Shown here: in pieces, positions 29,702 through 37,684 of the stretch
How the letters are laid out: each line of letters opens with the position of its first letter
Numbering within the stretch: the first letter of the stretch is position 1
Virus record (IMG/VR): IMGVR_UViG_3300009472_000010
Location: 1 to 42,881 of that record
DNA: 42,881 nt
Reading direction: 5' to 3' (one strand)
DNA from: a virus
Lineage: Duplodnaviria > Caudoviricetes
Translations under genes and position numbers: made by a program
Notes under the pieces: model-generated
The model's input: only the letters and a program-made list of their open reading frames with translations
Databases searched by the model: none
Told to the model about the DNA's origin: nothing

Positions 29702-30403
29702 TTAATTATTTCTTTCAGCAGCCTGCAATCCTCTTTGTTGCTGATACATATTTTCTATATCACCTGCAATCAATGCTGCAGTATCATCAAGGATTACTTC
29801 TACTAAATCATCTTTAAACTCACATATAACATTATTCAAGCTAATATTACCAGTGTATGGATCTGTACAGCCTTGTACTTGTATCAATGTAGGTTGTCTA
29901 TAATAAGTTAATACAGGATTTACTATATCAAAATTTCTTTTGTATATTCTTATCTTGTTATCAAGCATAGTACAAAAAGTTTCTCCCCATTCAAAATCTG
30001 GATTCTTTAGGGGATCTCTCATAATTAAATTAACATTAGCTTCTTCAGCTAAATATACAGTCATTGATCTTGGAGTACAACAGTCATCTTTTGCCTGTGT
30101 AGTAACTTTCTTAAATTCTAAATAAGTTTCCTCAGGAAAATTGTCTGTCTCAAAATAATCTGGAAAAACATTACCTGTAAGGGATAATTCAATTAGGAGA
30201 GGTTGCAAGTCATCCACTCTTCTTTTGGATAACTCATCACCTTCCTGATACATATTTCCCCCATGTAAGTTTCTTCTACACCACTCAACTTGTGATTTGT
30301 TAAAAGCCTCAACAAACTGCCAACATTCTATATTATCATAGTCTTGGCTATCAAGCTTATTCAGCCTTTGCTTAAGTTTTATAAGTAATGTATTATTTTC
30401 CAT
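29702..30403 (-). CDS. crAss gene 74-like tail ring protein
   Basis: LNKLDSQDY...FNKSQ...RRVDDLQPLL...P.FEWGET...LTYYRQP...CEF; synteny. Confidence 0.65.
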   Translation of the reverse strand: MENNTLLIKLKQRLNKLDSQDYDNIECWQFVEAFNKSQVEWCRRNLHGGNMYQEGDELSKRRVDDLQPLLIELSLTGNVFPDYFETDNFPEETYLEFKKVTTQAKDDCCTPRSMTVYLAEEANVNLIMRDPLKNPDFEWGETFCTMLDNKIRIYKRNFDIVNPVLTYYRQPTLIQVQGCTDPYTGNISLNNVICEFKDDLVEVILDDTAALIAGDIENMYQQQRGLQAAERNN

Positions 30404-30415
30404 TTTTAATTATTT

Positions 30416-31432
30416 TTAAGCATTCCAATATGGTTCAACTTTATCCATTAGAGATAATAAACTTTCTTCATTTTTAGGATCCATTAAAAAATCTAAACAT
30501 TCAGACGGTCTTTTACCCATTCTAATACCACTATCCATTGGCTCAATCCATCCCCCTGCTTTAGTCAGTAAGAATCTATAAAATAAACAGTCTTTAACAA
30601 GTGCTCTTATTTTTATTTCCTCCATACTTAATGTAGAAACATCTAAAAAGTTTTGTGCTGCTTTTTTCTTATTACCTTCAGATCCATGACCTTGAATATA
30701 GTCATCCATATTTTCATACATAACATCATTAGGAGTAGACTTACTATACTGTGTGCTATTTGAATCACAGATTTTAGCTACATACATAAGCTTTGTTGCA
30801 TTGCCATCATACATTTTTTGTAATTCTACTAATGCTCTATTTCTTATTTTACTAAGTTCAGTTCTAGTAGTTAACGTTTCTTCTAACGTATCTAAATAAA
30901 ACTTAACTCCTTTAGAGTTTACTTTAGCATCTTTTAATGACTTTGCTACTATAGAAAAGCCACCTGCTTTAATGGCATATAGTTTAATTCTATCATATGG
31001 ATCTAATTCTGGATCTAAGAATACTGGATCATTACCACATCTTAAACTAATCTTGTCCCAAAATTTATCATTATTAGGACTCATAATAGTTAAGTTGTTC
31101 CAAAAATCTTTGTCTTCTGGATCAACTACATTAGCTGCAAGAGATGCTTCTAATTCTGCAACTACAGTTCTAATTTCTTTAATCTTTGCTTTTTTCTCCT
31201 TAGGTGCTAACATTTTTACTTCAGGTGCAAATTCATTTAAACCAGTAACATATCTTTTTACTCCATTCATCTCTAGACATGCTAATGATTCTTCATGGTA
31301 TACTCCATCATGTAATGCCAATCCATATTGTTCCAATCCCATATTTTCTTTATTAGGATTAAAAAATGGACGCACTGCAACAGATTGTTTTTTTTCCTGC
31401 TGATACTTTTCTACAATAGTGTACTCACTCAT
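30416..31432 (-). CDS. crAss gene 75-like conserved protein
   Basis: YVTGL, FW..ISL.....FLDP..DPYD motifs; follows MCP. Confidence 0.6.
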   Translation of the reverse strand: MSEYTIVEKYQQEKKQSVAVRPFFNPNKENMGLEQYGLALHDGVYHEESLACLEMNGVKRYVTGLNEFAPEVKMLAPKEKKAKIKEIRTVVAELEASLAANVVDPEDKDFWNNLTIMSPNNDKFWDKISLRCGNDPVFLDPELDPYDRIKLYAIKAGGFSIVAKSLKDAKVNSKGVKFYLDTLEETLTTRTELSKIRNRALVELQKMYDGNATKLMYVAKICDSNSTQYSKSTPNDVMYENMDDYIQGHGSEGNKKKAAQNFLDVSTLSMEEIKIRALVKDCLFYRFLLTKAGGWIEPMDSGIRMGKRPSECLDFLMDPKNEESLLSLMDKVEPYWNA

Positions 31433-31466
31433 TTTTTTTGGTTTTAAATTAATAATTATTATTCAC

Positions 31467-31546
31467 AGTCAAAAGTACATAATTATGTACATTTATTATT
31501 ACTAATTTCTAAAGCAAGGTTTTACCCTTGCTAAAGTTTTTTGACT
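31467..31546. promoter_or_regulatory. Nested inverted repeats including 16-bp perfect palindrome GTACATAATTATGTAC
   Basis: Outer AGTCAAAA (31467-31474) / TTTTGACT (31539-31546) enclosing the palindrome (31475-31490) and hairpin AGCAAGG/CCTTGCT (31513-31532). Confidence 0.5.
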
Positions 31547-31547
31547 T

Positions 31548-31742
31548 TTAAACAACTATTTTCAAAGCTCCTGTAGTGTGATATATATCACCTTTTGCTA
31601 AACCTGCAGCTATTGCTGCTGCATTATCTGCATGGTCTCTAGCTAAGATGTCTTTACCAACAGCTTTAGAAGCAAGTATTTTTGAAACACTTGAATTTGA
31701 AAACTCATATGTTTTATTTTGTCTTTTAATATCTAGTGCCAT
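31548..31742 (-). CDS. Small putative head fibre/decoration protein
   Basis: C-terminal HADNAAAIAAGLAKGDIYHTTGALKIVV resembles phage fibre termini; directly after MCP. Confidence 0.55.
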   Translation of the reverse strand: MALDIKRQNKTYEFSNSSVSKILASKAVGKDILARDHADNAAAIAAGLAKGDIYHTTGALKIVV

Positions 31743-31764
31743 GATTAGTTATATTTTAAAGGTT

Positions 31765-31802
31765 AAAAATAAAAAGGGAGGAGGTATTAGCCCCTCCCCT
31801 TT
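31765..31802 (-). terminator. Intrinsic terminator after major capsid gene
   Basis: AAAGGGGAGGGG / CCTCCTCCCTTT stem + TTATTTTT. Confidence 0.85.
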
Positions 31803-31813
31803 AATTATAGTTC

Positions 31814-33433
31814 TTAGAATGAGCCTCCTGTTACAGGGTTTCTCATTACAATTTTAAGAACTTTGGTTGGATCCTTAACCCATATAGCCGGCATGGTCTG
31901 AGTCATATATACTCTATATCCATTAAACTGACCAGTAGAAGCAAATCCTTGAGTTCTTCCCATGTAGTCCATAGTACCATTTTGGTAGAACCACTTAAGT
32001 TGATTATCCCAAGAAAGTTTCAACAAGTGAATGTTGTCATTTCCTTCATCAGTTACATCAAAGATAATAAAGCTGTATGAACTTAGAGGTCTACCATCAA
32101 TTAATGGATTCTCTATATCATTTGTGTTTAAGTTATCAAATGCTGGATTCAATACAAACTTAACGTTAGCTAAGAATGGAATAGTAAAGCTTGTGTAAGC
32201 AAAACCATAATCTAAATCCATACCAGAACCTTTAACAGCTCCAATATCAGTTGCATTTTGTACTAAACCTGAACCATACACTTCATCAGCAATTGCTTTG
32301 TTGATTAGTTGCATACCACCAATACCTGTTTGTACAACAAGTGATCTTTGTGGGTCTGGCCCTTTAAATTCAACTTTACCTTGGTAGAAGTTATAAAGTT
32401 CAGACTTAAACATGTCAAGAGTAAATGATGACTTGTTATATACTCTTTTGAAAGAGTTATCTAACTGTGACCATAAACCTACAGATAATCTAATATCATC
32501 CGGTCCGTCTTGCTTAATTCTACCACCTTTACCCCACATTAGGTAAGTTTCAATATCCGTAGCAATTTTAGATAAATGTGCTGCTTCCATATTTGTAATG
32601 AAAGTTCTTGTTAGAGTTCCATTCTCAAATGCTTCTCTAGCACCTGCTTTACCCATATTTGCTACAAGTCCTTCAATACTAGGTACTGATGGATTGTTTG
32701 GATCATTGTCAAAGTTTCTCCAAATCTCAGTTACTGGTACAGTACCATCAGCATTCAAACCACCTTTGATCATAAGATCAGCACGGCTTGAAATAGAATA
32801 GTGTACGTGTGCTTCTGCTCCTCCTACAAAGTTGTAGAATTCACGGAATCCAGATCCTGTTTCAATGTCAGAAAATCTTTCACCATATTCACCTCTTGCA
32901 GAACCTTTTCTAAAGAATTTTGTTCCTTTAGCTAGATACTTATTATCTAAGACTGCTGCATTGTTGTTGTTAACTAATTGAACAGTGTAAACATATCCAT
33001 CACCTGCAGGGATAATATCATCTGCTGTAATGTAAAGTTCAAGTCCATTATACTTATCATAAGTAATAATGTCACCATGTCCAAAAGTTCTTTTGTTGAT
33101 CTTGATCTTAAATAGAGTTCCATCTACACCTTTAGCATCATTTGCTGGTTCAATGTCTGCCACTATGTAAGGAAGATCTTGTGCAATAGGAGTTTGCCAC
33201 TTGTACTCACCTCTAGCATTATCCACCATGATTGTATTCTTTCCACCAAAAGAAGCCATTTGATATAAAGGCATTTCTACCTTTTGGGTCATTGCCCATA
33301 AATCAATTGGTCCCATATCCATAGGCTCGGAGTTACCAAGCATTTGGGTAAGGTGATAAGAATCAACATGAGAACTAGCTTTGTAGCTTGTATCACGTAG
33401 GAAAATCCCATTATTTAAAACTGGAGTTGCCAT
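31814..33433 (-). CDS. Major capsid protein (crAss-like HK97 fold)
   Basis: 539 aa after portal and scaffold; EYKW, E.YLMWG, QTGIGGM, G..F.SF.IP...V.F..NPAFD, IWVKDPTK; followed by a strong terminator. Confidence 0.85.
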   Translation of the reverse strand: MATPVLNNGIFLRDTSYKASSHVDSYHLTQMLGNSEPMDMGPIDLWAMTQKVEMPLYQMASFGGKNTIMVDNARGEYKWQTPIAQDLPYIVADIEPANDAKGVDGTLFKIKINKRTFGHGDIITYDKYNGLELYITADDIIPAGDGYVYTVQLVNNNNAAVLDNKYLAKGTKFFRKGSARGEYGERFSDIETGSGFREFYNFVGGAEAHVHYSISSRADLMIKGGLNADGTVPVTEIWRNFDNDPNNPSVPSIEGLVANMGKAGAREAFENGTLTRTFITNMEAAHLSKIATDIETYLMWGKGGRIKQDGPDDIRLSVGLWSQLDNSFKRVYNKSSFTLDMFKSELYNFYQGKVEFKGPDPQRSLVVQTGIGGMQLINKAIADEVYGSGLVQNATDIGAVKGSGMDLDYGFAYTSFTIPFLANVKFVLNPAFDNLNTNDIENPLIDGRPLSSYSFIIFDVTDEGNDNIHLLKLSWDNQLKWFYQNGTMDYMGRTQGFASTGQFNGYRVYMTQTMPAIWVKDPTKVLKIVMRNPVTGGSF

Positions 33434-33484
33434 AATTTTGATTGTTTTTGATTAATAATTATTGTTTATATATTTAATACTTGA

Positions 33485-34789
33485 TTAAATTCTTTTAAAA
33501 ATGTTGTTAGCTCTTGGTATTTTTCTTTTAGCAGTTCTTTTAGCAGTTGGTTCTTTATCCTTAACTCCTAAAGATGTAGACCCTCCACTATTAGATTGTT
33601 CTGTTTTAAGTTTTCTTACCGTTTTCTCTATAGTTTTTTGAGCACCCTTATCCATTATTTTTGCTTTGTATCCTTCTGGATCTTGTAGCAACCATAATGC
33701 TTCAGATATCAAACCATAGTTTGGCTCAACAAATTGATACTTTTCAAGGAGATGTCCAAGTAAGTTAGTATTCTTACCACTAACTGATGGATAAGCGGGT
33801 TGTACCAAACCATTATAAAGCATAGCTTGTGTCTTCTTATCTATCTTAACATCATTTATAGAACCCCCTTTCAAAGTCTCATATACGTTTTTCATATATT
33901 GCTGTGATGCTTGTTCTTGTTGTTTCTTTTTAAGCTCTTGTTCTTCTAGCTTTCTTGCAACAACCTTTTCTTGCATCTTATCTAATTTTGGTTTAAACTT
34001 CATTGCTTGTTGTTCAAGCTTACCTAAGTCTTTCCAAATTTCTATTTCCTCAGCAATTTCTTCAGTAGTACCATATCCTGTTGCAGATAAATACTCTGTG
34101 ATAATTCTTTCTTGATCATTTGACTTCTTAACATCTAATGATCTATTTTCTTCTACTTGTGATAACGTAGCAAACATTCCTTTTAAATCTTGACCACCAT
34201 CTGCTACATAACGTGCAGCAATTTGTAATTCTTGTGGTAAGCTTTCAAAAAACTTTTTAGGAGTTTCTCTTCTTACTTCATTAGCTTTTTCTTCTAAGTT
34301 AGCTTGAATTAATTCTTCCCAGTCTTTAGCAGAATAATCTTCTAATTCTTTGTCATCATCAAAAGGAACAATCTTATCTTCTTTAATAAGCTTACTAAAT
34401 ACATCACTTATTCCAGAAATCTTTTTCCTTCCTCTTTTTTCTATTTTCTCTTCTTCAGAGTCTTCTTCATCAATACTGCTGATTACATCATCAATATTAA
34501 CTTCTTCTTTAACTTCCTCAGCTTTTACTTCTGGTTCAGCTACTTCTTTTTCTGTGCTAGATTCTTCTTTAGAATCAGCTTTTACATTTAAATCATCTTT
34601 GTCATCTACATCTGGATCAGCAAAAGACATGTCTGTTTTTGACCCTGTACCTGAAAAAATGTTCTTGTTTGGTTTTTCTTCCTGTGGCAAAGTAACATCA
34701 GCTGCACTAGGTGCTGCATCAAAGATCTCATCTAAGTTTATGTCTAATGTTTCTACTTTACTATTCACAGATTCAGTTTTAGTACTCAT
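33485..34789 (-). CDS. Acidic scaffold-like protein (crAss gene 77-like)
   Basis: Glu/Asp-rich N-terminus, coiled coil, basic tail; between portal and MCP. Confidence 0.65.
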   Translation of the reverse strand: MSTKTESVNSKVETLDINLDEIFDAAPSAADVTLPQEEKPNKNIFSGTGSKTDMSFADPDVDDKDDLNVKADSKEESSTEKEVAEPEVKAEEVKEEVNIDDVISSIDEEDSEEEKIEKRGRKKISGISDVFSKLIKEDKIVPFDDDKELEDYSAKDWEELIQANLEEKANEVRRETPKKFFESLPQELQIAARYVADGGQDLKGMFATLSQVEENRSLDVKKSNDQERIITEYLSATGYGTTEEIAEEIEIWKDLGKLEQQAMKFKPKLDKMQEKVVARKLEEQELKKKQQEQASQQYMKNVYETLKGGSINDVKIDKKTQAMLYNGLVQPAYPSVSGKNTNLLGHLLEKYQFVEPNYGLISEALWLLQDPEGYKAKIMDKGAQKTIEKTVRKLKTEQSNSGGSTSLGVKDKEPTAKRTAKRKIPRANNIFKRI

Positions 34790-34819
34790 AATATTTGTTG
34801 GTTTTAATATTAGTAATCT

Positions 34820-34840
34820 CTATACATATATAATATAAGA
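34820..34840 (-). promoter_or_regulatory. Promoter-like motif TCTTATATTATATATGTATAG
   Basis: Variant of the recurring motif, upstream of the scaffold-MCP unit. Confidence 0.55.
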
Positions 34841-34909
34841 ATAATCTTTCTAATTAAACTTATATAATTTGAAATAAATTAAAAGTTTTTAGCAGTATAT
34901 AGCTAACAC

Positions 34910-37669
34910 TTATTTTTTATCTTTATTTTCTTTGGATTTAGGAGCATCATACTTGTTTTTATTTTCTCTAGCTATGTCCAATTTTGTCTGTGCAATCTCT
35001 TTCTGAGCATTTATTTTTTGTCTTTCAACATCTAATCTACTATTCTCCATAGTCATCTTAGTAGTGTTTTTCTCTCTCTCCATGCTAAGTTGTTGATTGT
35101 ATCTTGTAGACTCTTTAATTTCTTCCATAGCATCCTGATAATCAGACTGTTTGTTTTCATTAATGTCTACCATTGAACCGTATCCAGCAGATTTTATTTC
35201 AGCTAACAGTATATTGTTTTGTCTGTCTTTCTCATTTTCATCTATTTCAACTTGAAGTTTCATTTGTTCTTCTTGTTGCTTAGCTTGAATTTGTTGCTGT
35301 TGCATTTGCTGTTGTTGTTGCATATCTTGCTGACGTTGCATTTGTTGTCTGTTTTCAGAATCTTTTAAGATATCTGTTACTTCAGCAATTGAATCTGCTT
35401 TTACAATGTTACCTAATTCAAAGATACTTGCACCTGTAGTATTATTTGTAAGAGCCATCTGCTTAAGATTTTCTAGAATAGCTCTGTGATTTGTTTTTGT
35501 TGTAGCAAAAATATTAAAATCTCTTAGTAATAAATCTGTACCATTAATTGTAAAATTAACCTTTTCTGCTTCAGAAGATATATATGATAGTCTAACACTT
35601 GGGTTAGTACTATAGTAGTATTGTGCTAAATCAGTTCTCATCTGATGTACTCTTGGCATCAACTGGTCTGAATGCTGTACAAAATACATCTCTGTTTGAG
35701 CGTAAGACTGTTGCATAGCTTGTACTACCCCTGTTGCCGTTTGAGCTGATACAGCCCCTCCTAGACGTTGTGGATTAACCCCTATTGCATCAAAGCATTG
35801 TTGCTTAAAATAATTAGCAAGTTGAATTCTAGACATTAATCTACTAGTCTGCTCCATGTTTAGAGTTTGATAGTGATTAAAGTTAGTAGCATTCTCAGTA
35901 TTAGTAATAGATGTATCAAGAGGTAACATTTGAAAATCTTTCATTGCTACCCATGCTTTTGAATAATTATTTTTTCCCCAATCCTCACCCATTGAGTGAC
36001 GTGGTAAAGCATTTTGATCAAACATAATTACTGTTCCTAATTCATCTATTAGAATGTCAGCAATTTGGTTATTAACCATATTGTATCCAACTTGATATGC
36101 TTTCATTAAATCTACCAATGAAGTAGATCTAGTATTTCTATCAGAAAATACTCTCCCTTCTACAGGAAGTTTACATCCATAAAGTGTATTGTTACCTTTA
36201 AATTGAAAAGGTAATCTTCCAGGTTTAGTTCTATTAATACCTACATATATTGGGTTTATATTATCTCCCATTGTAGATCTCCACATTGCTGGTAAGTTTG
36301 GTCCTACTTTAACACCACCCCATACTTCATTGATCCATATCCAATCTATATGTTCTCCTTGTAATAAATTTTCTTTTGTTCTGTTCTTAAATATAGAGGT
36401 ATCATATACAGCTTTTTCTGTAATTTTAAAAGTCTCATCAATGATCTCTTGAGTTACACTACCATTTAATTCTATCTTAGTTAAATGACCAACTCTCCTC
36501 TGCGTCTTCCAATAAATTGTAGATACTCTCATTAAGTTACCTTCATCTAAAGGTGTCATGTCTTCTGAGTTATCTAATATCTCACTTAAAATATCACCAC
36601 CTACTCCAGGATTATTCCAATAGTTACTTGTATATTGTCTATACGCTAAACCTGGCATATTAGTATTCCACTCATGTGATCTAGTTGCATCATAGTATGC
36701 ACCATCATTTTGATAGCCATTTACTTGATACTGTGCAGATCTTGCAGGATATATTTTTTGTAAAGATTTTAATTGCTTCTCATCCATTAAATAACCGTAT
36801 CTGTCAATAACATCTGACACAGTCATTAAGTCCATCTTACCTACATAGTTAGAATCAGAAATGTATCTCTGATCTGGAGATTTTTGATAGAAAGTTAAAA
36901 CTGGATTCCATAGCTCTACATCATAATCATCTTCCAACATTCTAAAATGCCAAAATTCTCTATCTGATATAAGCATATCACGGAAGCCTCTTTCTTCAAG
37001 TTCTTGCATATGAAATCTTTCTTCATCTACTGCAAGTTGGTGTGATGCCCATTCTTCAACCATACTTCTATAATCCTTAGAAAAGAAGTCTTCTATTTCT
37101 GGTAAAGATTTTAATCCCTCTGGTGATAATTGTTGTTGTGCTTCTTCAGATCCTGGGTCCATACCCATCTCAATCATTTTCATTACTAGATTTGCCTCAG
37201 CCTCTGCTAATAATGATTCTTCAATCTGTAATCTTTTTTGCTCTAACATCTCATTATAAGATGTATCATCAACAGCTCTAAATTGCACTTTAGAATATCT
37301 CTTTGCAAATTCACCTGTCAATACATTAATTACATTAGGTATGATAGGATAAAATTTTAATTCAAGTGCTGAATCATTCTCAGCTGTAAGAGTATCCATT
37401 AAGTCTTTGTAGTCATTATCTGGTTCAACTATGTAATCAGATTTATCTATAACTCCTTTTGCTAACTTATAATTCTTTAATAATCTTCTTGAATTAATAC
37501 GTAAAAATTCTATACCTTGTAACTCTAACCAATCTAGATTCCAAGCCGCCCAATCATCAGTCTTTTTTGAGTAAGGTAAAAACTGTGTTGGTTGTGTTAA
37601 GCTAGAAAATGTTGGCCCGCTTTCAGCTTTGGCCCCATTTTTCATTTGCATTGCATTTAATACTCTCAT
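34910..37669 (-). CDS. Portal protein
   Basis: NYKLAKG, YPIIPNVINVLTGE, W.W.NEVW.G, SLVDLMK.YQ..YN, G...QRLG, Gln-rich coiled-coil tail; follows the terminase. Confidence 0.9.
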   Translation of the reverse strand: MRVLNAMQMKNGAKAESGPTFSSLTQPTQFLPYSKKTDDWAAWNLDWLELQGIEFLRINSRRLLKNYKLAKGVIDKSDYIVEPDNDYKDLMDTLTAENDSALELKFYPIIPNVINVLTGEFAKRYSKVQFRAVDDTSYNEMLEQKRLQIEESLLAEAEANLVMKMIEMGMDPGSEEAQQQLSPEGLKSLPEIEDFFSKDYRSMVEEWASHQLAVDEERFHMQELEERGFRDMLISDREFWHFRMLEDDYDVELWNPVLTFYQKSPDQRYISDSNYVGKMDLMTVSDVIDRYGYLMDEKQLKSLQKIYPARSAQYQVNGYQNDGAYYDATRSHEWNTNMPGLAYRQYTSNYWNNPGVGGDILSEILDNSEDMTPLDEGNLMRVSTIYWKTQRRVGHLTKIELNGSVTQEIIDETFKITEKAVYDTSIFKNRTKENLLQGEHIDWIWINEVWGGVKVGPNLPAMWRSTMGDNINPIYVGINRTKPGRLPFQFKGNNTLYGCKLPVEGRVFSDRNTRSTSLVDLMKAYQVGYNMVNNQIADILIDELGTVIMFDQNALPRHSMGEDWGKNNYSKAWVAMKDFQMLPLDTSITNTENATNFNHYQTLNMEQTSRLMSRIQLANYFKQQCFDAIGVNPQRLGGAVSAQTATGVVQAMQQSYAQTEMYFVQHSDQLMPRVHQMRTDLAQYYYSTNPSVRLSYISSEAEKVNFTINGTDLLLRDFNIFATTKTNHRAILENLKQMALTNNTTGASIFELGNIVKADSIAEVTDILKDSENRQQMQRQQDMQQQQQMQQQQIQAKQQEEQMKLQVEIDENEKDRQNNILLAEIKSAGYGSMVDINENKQSDYQDAMEEIKESTRYNQQLSMEREKNTTKMTMENSRLDVERQKINAQKEIAQTKLDIARENKNKYDAPKSKENKDKK

Positions 37670-37684
37670 CTAGATTATTTTTGG

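Noticed and set aside
35280-35350. CAA/CAG-rich tract
   Set aside because: Encodes the Gln-rich portal coiled coil, which is common.
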